Of a DNA stretch of 64,000 nucleotides, positions 54,837-64,000 are shown piece by piece. Every line of letters starts with the position of its first letter. The stretch's first letter is position 1. Origin of the DNA: Trypanosoma brucei (lineage: Eukaryota); the NCBI GenBank assembly GCA_000002445.1, contig CP000066.1:1248001-1312000 (forward strand), given 5' to 3'. A program made the position numbers and the translations under genes. The notes beneath the pieces were generated by a model. The model was not told the origin of the DNA and made no database searches. It saw only the letters and a program-made list of their open reading frames with translations.

Positions 54837-55394
54837 TGTGTGGTGAGCGAAGGAAGAAAAAACCAAAGCAAATTACGACCGCACAGTCTTTTCCCCCCTT
54901 TTCCTTCCCCTCCGTCGTCAGGGTTAGGGGGCGCACGTGGAGGTGGAGCTCTCTTTTTTTTTCTTTCCGTGCTTCCCTTCCCGCCTGCCACGGGGACTAT
55001 CTGACAACTAGTTTAAGACTTTCCGTACTTTTAGTTAGTTGAATGAATTGAATAGCAAAAACGAAGACAAGAAACCAAATAACAAAAAAAAGGGGGGGAA
55101 CACGGTAGAAACGAAGCTGCGAAGACACGAAAAGAGGGGAAGGGAGTCACATGTACACTTTTTCTTTGTCAAAGATGAGAAAACGAATCGCATGCGCCGA
55201 TTCACGAGCCAACTGGGGACAACAACAACGGCAACTAAGATGACATAGCGGGTGGAGTTTTCGTTTGTATGAAAAGAGTGCGGAAGAAAAGAGGACGCGG
55301 CAGGGGTTCCCTTCCTGTGGTGTCACCGCGATATTTAAAGGAGTCACACCCACACGTTTTTGAGCAACGACTCCTCTCTTTCTTTTGGCTCCTA

Positions 55395-58300
55395 CTAATC
55401 TGCGCTCATCATGACCTCTTCCCCAGGGGATAAAAAGCGTGTAACTGGAAGCTTATCACCAACACACTGGTCATCTCGCAGCGTGTCAAGCACCTGCTTC
55501 CAATGTGTGGACTGCTCAAGAAGGCCGTCATTTCCAATCATCACCATTGCGAAACGGGCTCTGCTGCAGCACACGATCATGCGGTTGCGCATTTTTAAGA
55601 ACTCCGTCAACCGTTCTGTACGCACCAAAGAAAGTATCACAACATCGTTCTCATCACCCTGAAAAAGATCCACCGTGCTCACGCAGACATCACTGAAGGC
55701 GTGCAGTCGGAGGGTCGTACGTAGCAACCTCAATTGTGCTAAATAAGGCGTAATGACCGTAATGGATTTCTGGTGTACCCCCTCGGTGGTGAGGTGAGCG
55801 ACAAGTTTCAGAACCATTTCAGCCTCCAACAAATTCACCTTGCTTCGGCTTCCTGGGGCCTCCGACTCCGGCTGACTGTGACGCCAGAAAAATACACGGC
55901 GTGCCAGACCGGGGACAGCGTCAGTATGCAATACACCTTTAGTACAAACAAACGGCCGTTTGTAGAGGTCTTTGTTATCCAACAGCATATTAGGACCGTA
56001 AAACGGCCGGACCAAGCGGGAGATGAGAGGATGCATGCGGCGTTGCTCTCTCAAACAGATCGGCCGCATACGCGAAGAAAGGCGCTCAAAGAGCGACATA
56101 TTTAATCGATTAAATTTTTCGTATAAAAACGTCTCTACCTTTGGTCGAAGCTGGAAGTGGTCACCGATGAGCACCACCTGTTGGAGGGAGTCTGTCATGC
56201 ACGCAAGTAACTGTGACTCAAGCACTTCTGCTGCTTCTTCAACTATCAAAATAGTCGGCCGGAGGGATCGGAGAAGGTTTTGATTGCTGGCGCAACCAGT
56301 TGTTGTGAGGCCAACTACATCCGCCCCCTGTAGAAGCTCAAGCTTCAGCTCACTCACAACGTGATCACGTATTGTCACGACGTTACTAATTGCATCCATA
56401 ATTAATAGACAGTCCCTTGCCTTAACGGAAATACACTTCCGAATGAGGTAGGCATAGTACTCATGGCGTAGAACAGGATCAAGACTCCACAGTGACAGCA
56501 ACTCCTCTGGGACACCTTCAGGACAGGTGGGAGGATTTTTCGCAAGCTCCATGGCCTCAGATGAAAGATATGTCGTATGTAGCGAGTCGTTGAACTTTCG
56601 GTTCTCCTCCTGGCGTCGCATTTCCTGAAACACACTTAGCTGTGCTGCACCGTCTTCCTCACCCTCCTTTTCGTCTTCAGGTTTACCCTCGGTCCTCTCA
56701 CGTGGCGACCGCTGTGCTTCCTCCAAAGCTGATTCCACGCGAGTTTTGAGAAGCTGCAAGTACAGCGTTCTATTTGCTGTTCTTTCCGACTTCCCCACAT
56801 ATTGCTTTCCTTGCAACCATTCATCGCGATCCTCGTATTTAATGTGTTTCCGCTGTTCCTCCGTCAGCCAGCGCTCGAAAAGTGACTTGGGCACACGACC
56901 CGATTCCAAATAGTGAATCTCCTTGATTAGGCGCTCTAGTCTTTGATTCATTAGATATATGCGCTCCTTAAGGCTATTAAGCATTGCCTTGTCCGTTTTG
57001 GTTCGCAATAATGCGTTAAGGTTGTAAGCATCGAGTGCCGCCTCCTTGGATTGGCCACCAATGCGAACAACGCGCTTTCCACAGGGGAAGAGATCGGCCT
57101 TGGTGGCACCCATTTCGTTGACCAAATGCTGTGCAATACGAGGCCGCTCGTCATCCCATAGCCCACTCTGGAGTAGATCTATGAGAAACTCATCAAGTGC
57201 ATGATTTTTATACGTGATGACAACAACAGGACCGACTATGCTTGGAAGCATGTGCTGTGGCGAAGTGGAGTGTAGCTGTTCCACGTCGATAGTACTAAGT
57301 ATATCACCCGATGAAACAAGCTGTTTGTACCGGACATACACCTCAACCAGTCGGCAACCAATGAACGACTTGCCTGTTCCGGGTGGGCCTTGCACAAGAA
57401 GAATATCGGAGCTGGGGAACAGGCGAAGGGCTTCCTCCTGTCCCTTGTCCAACGTAAAGCGGTCGCAGACATCTGCAATCAAACTCTGGAACGCAAACTC
57501 ACAGTGGGGTGGGATGTACGCGACGAGCTCGCCAGGTTTTTTTGCTTTACAAGTTATTCCATTCGCGGAGGCATGGGCGGCCGCCTCGGGACTCACCAGA
57601 GAGGACAGCATAGGCAGTGGCATGGCAAGTGGCCCAACAAACGCATGAAGAGCCTTCATGATGCTTTTATAACCCATCATGAACACCTCTGTTACCAACA
57701 TTAATGAACAGTCCATCTTGTTCAGGGATTCGTTACGATGCAGTTTTTCAGCGAGAAGTTCAAAACTTGCACTGCTGTCACAAGGTGAGACGACGACCAT
57801 GTTTCCGCTCAGTAGTGGTTTGTTGAGGGAGGTCACGGAACACCAAAAGATCTCGTCGTCTTCCATGACGGTACGGTTGAGCCCAGTTGTGATGCAAAGA
57901 GTGGTACCCACCGGAATGTTCACCGGCGCTTGGGCTTTAGGGCTCTTCGGCTGCACCTGGAGAATGTAACTGGTACAACAGGCAATGTCCCTGTCTTTGG
58001 TGACGACGCGGCCCATAAACCTTACACTGTGGTACAAACGTGCGTGTTGGACATCGGATACCGTTTCCTCTGTAGGTTTGTAATCAGGGAAATTGAAGCA
58101 TGCTGCAGGAAGAATTCTGCTCACTGCTTCGAAAGTATCCGCTTGCAGCATTCTGCAGTGATCCGTGATGAACGACTCTGTGGTGTCGTAAACCTTGCTA
58201 CCGTTCACGGGAAGATTGCATGGAGAGAACGGAGACAACTCGTGCGGTGGGGGAATGGAGAAGTCAGACGCTGATGGAATGAGGATGTCTGTGCTTCTGC

Positions 58301-59639
58301 TACCTTCCATGTTCTGCATGCGCCCTAACGTGGCATCCACCTTTCTTTTTCTTACTGCCAAAACTGAGCCCGGTAACTCTCCAGCAGATCCTCTTGTAGC
58401 CTTCACACCCTCGTTCAGCAATGAAATGAGAGTGGTTTGCACCGATGCAACCCCGTCTCCCGCTACCGGTGCATGCTGCCGCAAAAGCACAATAAGATTC
58501 GCCACCTCAAGCCAACGTTCAACTGCTGTCGCCATGTCACCCTCATTCAAAATTTCCCGACCAATCTCAAGTGCACTTTGCACCATTGATGGGAAGAACG
58601 CCGGAATAGTTCCATCCTTCGATTCACGTTGCAATAACACGAGAAACGACTGCAGAAGTGGAATGTGGATAGGTTCACGGTTCCCAACAAAAGTGGTCAA
58701 CTCCACAAGGGTGTGCACACCATCAACGAATGCGGCGGGTGGCATATCTCTCAACAGACGCAGCATATCTGGCCATTCAAACGTATGAGTCATAACGGCC
58801 TTAATCACTGTAATTGGCTGCGTTGCGTTTTTGCATCGCCTAATAAACTTGTAAACATCCTCCGACGTTACATGTGGCGTCTCCAGCCGGATGTCTACGG
58901 CTATTGGGTAGTCCCTGCTAACGTCAATTTTAAGTGTAACAGCATCCCCAACAGCAACTTCCCTCACACCGTAATCGACGCGGTCTACAAAGAATTTAAC
59001 TTCACCCATGTCGGGCACCCGAACGAAGCCAATGTTATGCTCTGTGTCCACACGTCCAATGGTACCGCGCCGTCGTTCCTCCACGAATGGTTCCAGATCC
59101 CTTCGCTCATTATTATTTTGCACCCACACGTGTGGTCCACCAACCTTCACATCACGCGTGCCCCCTCGCCCATCCCTCACTTGAGCGCCACCTTTTTTGA
59201 TTGCGAGCAGAGTAACGGGATCATTTTCCCACTGCCTTTCTTGCATCAGTCGGTAGCGCTCAATCTCCGCACGGTGAGCCGCAAACTTTTCCAAAACACC
59301 TCCCCCTTTTGGTACCTTAGCTTCCGTGCATTGCCGTTTGGTGTGGCCCTCTTTCCTGCACTCCCTACACCACCGTTTCTCCCGAAGCGTCAGCAGGCCA
59401 TTCTGCAACCAAAACTGTAGTGCCTCCTTCTGCTCATCTGTTCGCGCCGGATTCGTAAATATTGCCTTCCAGTGCTCTTTGTCTTCCAAGTGCGTGGTGG
59501 CGTACTGAGCCAATAGTGGATGGAAATCCACAATTCTCAGGAATGTCCAGTGGTTGCACAGAACATCATCCGGATCCTTCCAATCGATGCTCGCACTCTT
59601 TTCGTCATTCCACTGCCGCTCCACCTCCATGTCGCGCAT
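55395..59639 (-). CDS. Upf1-like superfamily-1B helicase (AAA_11/AAA_12 type) with an N-terminal CCHC zinc knuckle and a cold-shock-like domain
   Basis: ATG verified at 59639 (MRDMEVERQW...). The track ORF starts 78 codons earlier in an intergenic-like tract. Helicase motifs are present in order: GPPGTGKS (I), LIVEEAAE (II), VVLIGDHFQLRP (III), EQRRMHPLISRL (V) and VCCSRARFAMVMIGN (VI). A large coiled-coil insert sits between motifs I and II. The N-terminus carries CRECRKEGHTKRQC (CX2CX4HX4C) and a CSD-like beta-barrel segment (IGFVRVPDMGEVKFFVDRVDYG...VTLKIDVSRD). Confidence 0.85.
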   Translation of the reverse strand: MRDMEVERQWNDEKSASIDWKDPDDVLCNHWTFLRIVDFHPLLAQYATTHLEDKEHWKAIFTNPARTDEQKEALQFWLQNGLLTLREKRWCRECRKEGHTKRQCTEAKVPKGGGVLEKFAAHRAEIERYRLMQERQWENDPVTLLAIKKGGAQVRDGRGGTRDVKVGGPHVWVQNNNERRDLEPFVEERRRGTIGRVDTEHNIGFVRVPDMGEVKFFVDRVDYGVREVAVGDAVTLKIDVSRDYPIAVDIRLETPHVTSEDVYKFIRRCKNATQPITVIKAVMTHTFEWPDMLRLLRDMPPAAFVDGVHTLVELTTFVGNREPIHIPLLQSFLVLLQRESKDGTIPAFFPSMVQSALEIGREILNEGDMATAVERWLEVANLIVLLRQHAPVAGDGVASVQTTLISLLNEGVKATRGSAGELPGSVLAVRKRKVDATLGRMQNMEGSRSTDILIPSASDFSIPPPHELSPFSPCNLPVNGSKVYDTTESFITDHCRMLQADTFEAVSRILPAACFNFPDYKPTEETVSDVQHARLYHSVRFMGRVVTKDRDIACCTSYILQVQPKSPKAQAPVNIPVGTTLCITTGLNRTVMEDDEIFWCSVTSLNKPLLSGNMVVVSPCDSSASFELLAEKLHRNESLNKMDCSLMLVTEVFMMGYKSIMKALHAFVGPLAMPLPMLSSLVSPEAAAHASANGITCKAKKPGELVAYIPPHCEFAFQSLIADVCDRFTLDKGQEEALRLFPSSDILLVQGPPGTGKSFIGCRLVEVYVRYKQLVSSGDILSTIDVEQLHSTSPQHMLPSIVGPVVVITYKNHALDEFLIDLLQSGLWDDERPRIAQHLVNEMGATKADLFPCGKRVVRIGGQSKEAALDAYNLNALLRTKTDKAMLNSLKERIYLMNQRLERLIKEIHYLESGRVPKSLFERWLTEEQRKHIKYEDRDEWLQGKQYVGKSERTANRTLYLQLLKTRVESALEEAQRSPRERTEGKPEDEKEGEEDGAAQLSVFQEMRRQEENRKFNDSLHTTYLSSEAMELAKNPPTCPEGVPEELLSLWSLDPVLRHEYYAYLIRKCISVKARDCLLIMDAISNVVTIRDHVVSELKLELLQGADVVGLTTTGCASNQNLLRSLRPTILIVEEAAEVLESQLLACMTDSLQQVVLIGDHFQLRPKVETFLYEKFNRLNMSLFERLSSRMRPICLREQRRMHPLISRLVRPFYGPNMLLDNKDLYKRPFVCTKGVLHTDAVPGLARRVFFWRHSQPESEAPGSRSKVNLLEAEMVLKLVAHLTTEGVHQKSITVITPYLAQLRLLRTTLRLHAFSDVCVSTVDLFQGDENDVVILSLVRTERLTEFLKMRNRMIVCCSRARFAMVMIGNDGLLEQSTHWKQVLDTLRDDQCVGDKLPVTRFLSPGEEVMMSAD

Positions 59640-60092
59640 AAGGACTGTCACTCCGCTAGCTCTGCGTATGTGTGCGTGTGTGCGTTTACACTCTAGGGAA
59701 CTCTTATTATTTGATTTAGTCCGCACAGCCACAGCCAACTCCACAGAAGACCTGCAATCGTGGAGTGAGCGAGATGGTGGGGCAGGGGAAATGCGATAGA
59801 TGTGTGCGCTGTGCCAGCGCCTACAGCCACTTTTGCGAAAAAAAAAGAAGAAAACATTCACCAGAAGCAACAACAGAACAACGATAAGAGATGAAGGTAA
59901 TGGCTAGAAGAACAGTAGTAAATAATGTAAAACAGAAAATCCCCCATCAGCTTGGGCACATCAGGCTGGAGATTTGTCAGTTGCCTCTCGAACACGGTTC
60001 TTGTTGGTATTGCCGCAATACTTCCCCAGCTTTCCCCCCTCGGATTCACAACATTTGAATTAATACGTTAATAATTCCCCATACTTCTGTTG

Positions 60093-60094
<2 letters not shown>

Positions 60095-60123
<29 letters not shown>
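60095..60123. repeat. (GT)14 microsatellite in the UGGT-helicase spacer
   Basis: Read directly. Confidence 0.95.
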
Positions 60124-60301
60124 GTTTATGTGTAGAAACTTCGTCTTAACTAGTCAAGTACGTCCAAGAAGCAAAAACTAAGCACGAATAGTGGTGCAGA
60201 ATGCCCGGCAAGCATTGCTAATTTTAAAGAAAAATCATGCCCACCACCTTATACGCGCATGCCACTGTGAATCACTTGCATGGCAGATTACATTCATGAT
60301 G

Positions 60302-60366
60302 GAAAAGAAAAAAGAAAAAAGAAAAAAGAAAAAAAAAAGAAAAACGCTAACGCCAACGCCAACGCC
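60302..60366. repeat. (GAAAAA)n purine tract followed by (AACGCC)3-4
   Basis: gaaaagaaaaaagaaaaaagaaaaaagaaaaaaaaaagaaaaacgctaacgccaacgccaacgcc. On the transcribed strand this is a long poly-U/C tract, probably a trans-splice signal for the helicase gene. Confidence 0.8.
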
Positions 60367-60544
60367 ATAAAATAAACGGAGTAAGAAGGTTTATCAAGTC
60401 ACATAGCCCGTTACTACCGCAAGTGGTTGTAAGACAGGAGAAGGTGGGGGAGGGAGGAACAAATCATCCCAAAACACTCATTTGGGGCCCCAAGTGACAC
60501 ATCTCAATATATTTCACTTGCCTGCAACATTCCCCAAGCTCGCA

Positions 60545-63500
60545 TTACATCATCCCACTTGAATCCATCGGATCCATTAACTTTCCTTGTCCTTTTTTTT
60601 TTTCTGCACCATCTCTGAGCTCTGCATTACGTTTCTCAAGAAGCTGCTTAGAAAGGTCTTCCAACTCCCGATCCATCTCGTCCCAACCGTCAACGATACG
60701 CCGCACATTTTCTAGTTTGGGTATCTTTGTCAGAGGGTTGTTGCAGAGGTCTATGGTCTTGGCACGTGCCTTACTCTCTCCTGCGCACCAGGTCTCACAC
60801 CAGAGCCATTCCTCCGGCAGTGAAAATATGGGCATCTCATCCTGCATGAAGTTTGGTAAATCCTGATCCAGATTGGCGAGGCTTCCGGGATCTTCGCTAA
60901 GCCTGGCGTACGTTGCGCGGTACTTGTCGCCGCCTAGCGCAGCCCGCAGTCGCTGCACGTTGACTAAATAAAGTGCACTGATATGATATGGTTTTCCTCG
61001 TAAGTGACTCAACCAAAACCCTTGGTCCCAGAACCGAAAGTTTGTTGTGGCATCGTTAGGGTACTCTCTGCAGAAGGGCGTGTAGGCCATTGCGGCAGCG
61101 CCAATATTCATATTGTACAGTTCATGCAAGTCCGCTTGCACGATCTGATCCGCATCAACAAATATGACGCGGTCTACGTTAAGTGGGAAAAGAACGTCAA
61201 GGAAGAGAATCTTGTAGGCCCAAATGGTGCGTTGCTTCTCCGTTTGCTTGTTTAGCCACCACGGCCAGCGGTAAGTAACGAATCCTACATCGAAACCGTA
61301 GTGCTCTGCCAACAGGGGCACGAGCTCCTTGAACTGCGGTGATAAGAAGTTCTCTATGAGCCAGAACTTAATCCGCGTTGTGTTAGCTCCGTGTACATCT
61401 GAGGAGGTGCGCATTACGGTGTGCATCATGATGCGGAGGAACCTCTCATACAAATGTCCAGAGGCAACTGTAAAAATATTAAGCGTTGGAAATTTGGGAC
61501 GCTCACTCCGCGGCCCCTTTGGTGGCCACTCGGCATTACTCGCCTCGACAGCCGCGGCGGCGATGCTTTCGATGCTGGCTTCCTCAAAACCTGCCGTCCT
61601 CGATATACCGAGTCGAATGAAGGATCCCGTAAAGGAAGAAACAACAACAGGAATGCTTTGTCCAGCGGTGTAGTTGAAGTGACGCCCTACAGAACCGACT
61701 GCTACGTCAAGCACTGGGTCGTCGTTGTGATGAGAAATATAAAACGCTCGCGCGATGGCCCCCGGTTGCACGCCCAAGTACCAGAGACCTGGTGTGCTCT
61801 GAAGTTGGAAGTAGCCTTTGATCGTCATGACGATCGTGTCGCGCGTCGTATTGGTATAACTGCCGCTTGTATGGTTATACAGTGATGAGCGAATTTGCAA
61901 CGGAAGTCCGCTGGAGGGACCTCCTGTGCTGTCGTCTTCGGCACTCCCGGAAATGAGGATGGAGTTAATACGGTACGTTGCATAGAGATACTTCGATGAA
62001 GGTGGGAGCCTCGACAGAATAATATTATCGAGATCATATTCTGCCTCCATGGGGAAAACTGTCCAATACTCTGCCTCTTCTATGCCTAGCGTCAACAGAT
62101 GTTTATCCGGCAGATGACTGAACACGGCCTTAGGAGCTACCACACGTCCCTCAGCATCGAAACGCAGTTGTAGTTCGCCAACAAACTTGTAGTAATTACG
62201 TATCGTGTTCCCAACCGTTAACGAAGGGTTCAAATACACTGTGCAGACGGCTCCAATGGACAACTGAGAGATATAGTTGCATAAGGAGACAAGCTGCTGC
62301 GACGCGCGGGCCACGGGGTCTACCACAACCGTAAGCCGATGCCTTGGCACCCTCTTTTCGGTCGCGCCCACAACAAATGAGAGTGGGCCTGGGCTCACGG
62401 GAAGCCGAGTTTTTTGCTCCTCACGACGGTCATTGTTGGCCGCATCACGTCTCAACGCCGCTACAACAGCGGCAATTCTGGAGGCATAAAAATTTTGGTC
62501 ACTACCGGGTATTTCCAGACCAGGGTCCATACCGACAAAAGTGGCTTCCTCAAGCACATTCCATACTTTCTTTGGGGTATGGCCACCTTCCAGGGTTGCT
62601 ACTTCGAAGTCCTCTTCAGTAAAGTTGTCATACACAAAAAGGCGACCGTTTACGTAATAATGAACACTCCCCGGGGCTATTTCGTGCACCGCCGAAACAC
62701 TACCAGTCATCTCCCTGCAGAACTCAGATGCGAGTAAAAACAACTGATTAAGCTTCCCTGCTTGGTCCCTGGTGCTGCCTTCAGCAGATGCTCTGAAAAG
62801 TGCTTGTAGTTGGTCGGAGAACTTAACACCTTTCAACACGTGCTCGTACTTTTTCGGATCGTCCAGTTGCCATCCTGGGTGGCTGTGCTCAAAGGTTGAG
62901 AGAAGAAACTCTTGCAACAAGTTTAAACACTCCGACTTGTCCGCCACCCCACAGTGCTGCAACAGCAGGTGCAAATCGTCGACAACGGTGCGGGAGTTTG
63001 TTTTCAGTGAAGTACCGCACACAGCAAACGTCAGTCGTGTTCGGCCACACGTCTCGTCAGCACCTTTGCAAAGAAGAAGGGACCGTACGGCATTGAGGGT
63101 TGCCTGTAAACTTTGTGCAGTTACGGGCACGTGTAGGGTTAACACACCACTGACCAATGATACTTCGTTCATGCCACTTGTTGACGGGTATATAAACGGG
63201 TACTTGTGGAGGAAGCTCAACACCGAGTTGTGGCTCCAGTCGGCAAACGTTTTGTTCTCAAAAAGAGCCGCAACATAGCGAGTCCTCGCACCGCTCAACT
63301 CCAGAACGGATTCATAGAGGTTATCATCGTCGTCGCTTAAGGCGCCCATCTCCACCAGTTTCTGTAAATGTGCAAACTCCTCCCAAATACCGTGTTGAAG
63401 AACGATCGAAATATCGGTATGGACTCGGCCATTGAGAAGCACTACTGGAAACTTACTAAACCCCAACGTACGCACCATCTTTTGCGTTTTCTCATAGTGA

Positions 63501-64000
63501 GTAATGAACGCAGGGTCAAGCACCACGTCGTCGACTGCACGCTTCCTTGCTTGCATCAGGACGGACTGCGTGATCATCTTTACGCTCAGTTCTGTGATGG
63601 TTTGCTTTGCCATCATCTCCCTGGTCATGGCCATAAGAAAATCGGAAACCGCAGCAGGGTCCGCCTCTCCTTGCATTAGCTCCCAAACCGTGGCCGCGAC
63701 CAGTAGTGTAGCTTTCGATGAATCTGAGACGGCAACCTTGTCGAATTTCTTACCCACCAAGGTCACCTCCGGACTCCAATGTTTGTCAACGAATACAACG
63801 CCAAAGCGTATGGGCTGCTGAGCTCTCCGCGCCACCTCAAAGATGGTACCCATTCCTTCATACGTAGTAGGGTCCGCAATACATACAACATGGAGAACAT
63901 TCCGCCTTGGCAGCGTCGGAGCTGCCGCACCATTCCTTAGCATCGAACGGAGCGTCGTGGGAAGACGGTACAAGTAGGCATTATTTTCTACGTCGTTGAA
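60545..64000 (-). CDS. UGGT: UDP-glucose:glycoprotein glucosyltransferase (UGGT). The C-terminal approximately 1,150 aa are in the window; the N-terminus lies beyond 64000
   Basis: The C-terminal GT24 catalytic domain is well conserved (VIFVDADQIVQADLHELYNMNIGAAAMAYTPFC...WDQGFWLSHLRGKPYHISALYLVNVQRLR...DLPNFMQDEMPIFSLPEEWLWCETWC). The reading frame stays open to the window edge, so the M at 63973 is internal. Confidence 0.9.
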   Translation of the reverse strand, partial: FNDVENNAYLYRLPTTLRSMLRNGAAAPTLPRRNVLHVVCIADPTTYEGMGTIFEVARRAQQPIRFGVVFVDKHWSPEVTLVGKKFDKVAVSDSSKATLLVAATVWELMQGEADPAAVSDFLMAMTREMMAKQTITELSVKMITQSVLMQARKRAVDDVVLDPAFITHYEKTQKMVRTLGFSKFPVVLLNGRVHTDISIVLQHGIWEEFAHLQKLVEMGALSDDDDNLYESVLELSGARTRYVAALFENKTFADWSHNSVLSFLHKYPFIYPSTSGMNEVSLVSGVLTLHVPVTAQSLQATLNAVRSLLLCKGADETCGRTRLTFAVCGTSLKTNSRTVVDDLHLLLQHCGVADKSECLNLLQEFLLSTFEHSHPGWQLDDPKKYEHVLKGVKFSDQLQALFRASAEGSTRDQAGKLNQLFLLASEFCREMTGSVSAVHEIAPGSVHYYVNGRLFVYDNFTEEDFEVATLEGGHTPKKVWNVLEEATFVGMDPGLEIPGSDQNFYASRIAAVVAALRRDAANNDRREEQKTRLPVSPGPLSFVVGATEKRVPRHRLTVVVDPVARASQQLVSLCNYISQLSIGAVCTVYLNPSLTVGNTIRNYYKFVGELQLRFDAEGRVVAPKAVFSHLPDKHLLTLGIEEAEYWTVFPMEAEYDLDNIILSRLPPSSKYLYATYRINSILISGSAEDDSTGGPSSGLPLQIRSSLYNHTSGSYTNTTRDTIVMTIKGYFQLQSTPGLWYLGVQPGAIARAFYISHHNDDPVLDVAVGSVGRHFNYTAGQSIPVVVSSFTGSFIRLGISRTAGFEEASIESIAAAAVEASNAEWPPKGPRSERPKFPTLNIFTVASGHLYERFLRIMMHTVMRTSSDVHGANTTRIKFWLIENFLSPQFKELVPLLAEHYGFDVGFVTYRWPWWLNKQTEKQRTIWAYKILFLDVLFPLNVDRVIFVDADQIVQADLHELYNMNIGAAAMAYTPFCREYPNDATTNFRFWDQGFWLSHLRGKPYHISALYLVNVQRLRAALGGDKYRATYARLSEDPGSLANLDQDLPNFMQDEMPIFSLPEEWLWCETWCAGESKARAKTIDLCNNPLTKIPKLENVRRIVDGWDEMDRELEDLSKQLLEKRNAELRDGAEKKKGQGKLMDPMDSSGMM

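Noticed and set aside
3153-54866. ORF-track start codons at 4634, 11699, 19050, 20754, 23112 and 54866
   Set aside because: Checking the bases shows these are GTG/TTG codons rendered as M by the ORF caller. Eukaryotic nuclear genes here should start at ATG, so I moved the starts to the first in-frame ATG (4631, 11696, 19044, 20748, 23100, 54836).
45531-54866. Numerous plus-strand ORFs of 60-250 aa inside the giant gene, the helicase and other CDS (e.g. 58665..59420, 58195..58788, 48238..48726, 46307..46717, 50358..50750)
   Set aside because: They are antisense shadow ORFs in GC-rich, stop-poor coding sequence of a long, motif-supported minus-strand gene. They have no independent support.
16706-60123. 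Simple repeats as possible CRISPR arrays or transposon termini
   Set aside because: They are perfect di- or tri-nucleotide microsatellites with no spacer-repeat architecture, and no cas, transposase or RT ORFs are nearby.
1-64000. Interpretation as a bacterial/phage accessory region or defence island (the task framing)
   Set aside because: All genes are on one strand with kilobase spacers and polypyrimidine tracts. The products are eukaryotic (importin, UGGT, AMPK, GPI1, PP2A B''). There is no operon packing or RBS. Gene adjacency in kinetoplastid polycistrons is not functionally informative, so no 'system' can be inferred from co-location.

Overview
This window is not prokaryotic. It reads as a core, housekeeping stretch of a kinetoplastid nuclear chromosome (Trypanosoma, brucei-like: about 50% GC, with (TA)n and (CA/TG)n microsatellites in the intergenic regions). 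All 18 credible protein-coding genes lie on the minus strand, consistent with one unidirectional polycistronic transcription unit transcribed from high to low coordinates. Spacers are low-complexity and purine-rich on the plus strand, so they form polypyrimidine tracts on the transcribed strand, as expected for trans-splicing signals. I found no tRNA, rRNA, CRISPR array, retroposon (ingi/RIME/SLACS-like RT ORF), RHS or VSG-like sequence. Recognisable products, in order of transcription: UDP-glucose:glycoprotein glucosyltransferase (UGGT; its N-terminus is cut by the window edge), a Upf1-like SF1 helicase with a CCHC knuckle and a cold-shock-like domain, a roughly 3,100-aa protein built from tandem parallel beta-helix repeats plus a long disordered tail, an importin-7-like karyopherin, a low-complexity 305-aa ORF inside a 7-kb ORF desert, an acidic coiled-coil protein, GPI1/PIG-Q, an AMPK/SNF1 alpha catalytic subunit, a PPR-repeat protein, a NOL1/NOP2/Sun m5C RNA methyltransferase, two small hypothetical ORFs, a 1,331-aa coiled-coil protein, a class I (Fe-S) fumarate hydratase with no presequence, a protein prenyltransferase alpha subunit, a small hypothetical, a PP2A B'' (PR72-type EF-hand) regulatory subunit, and an F-box-like hypothetical. 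The supplied ORF track evidently accepts GTG/TTG as starts. I re-anchored several N-termini to the first ATG (3153..4631, 9999..11696, 19258..20748, 21073..23100, 45531..54836) and trimmed spurious extensions that run through polypyrimidine tracts (831..1997, 41776..45015, 55395..59639, 5025..5471). Because kinetoplastid polycistrons are not operons, gene adjacency here carries no functional meaning, so guilt-by-association across neighbours is not valid. The most unusual items are the giant beta-helix protein, the CSD/Zn-knuckle helicase, and two long ORF-free low-complexity stretches (34.7-41.8 kb and 23.1-25.9 kb) that could hold ncRNAs or very long UTRs. Organism and functional assignments are from motif recognition by eye and from recall of trypanosome gene families. 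No database search was run.
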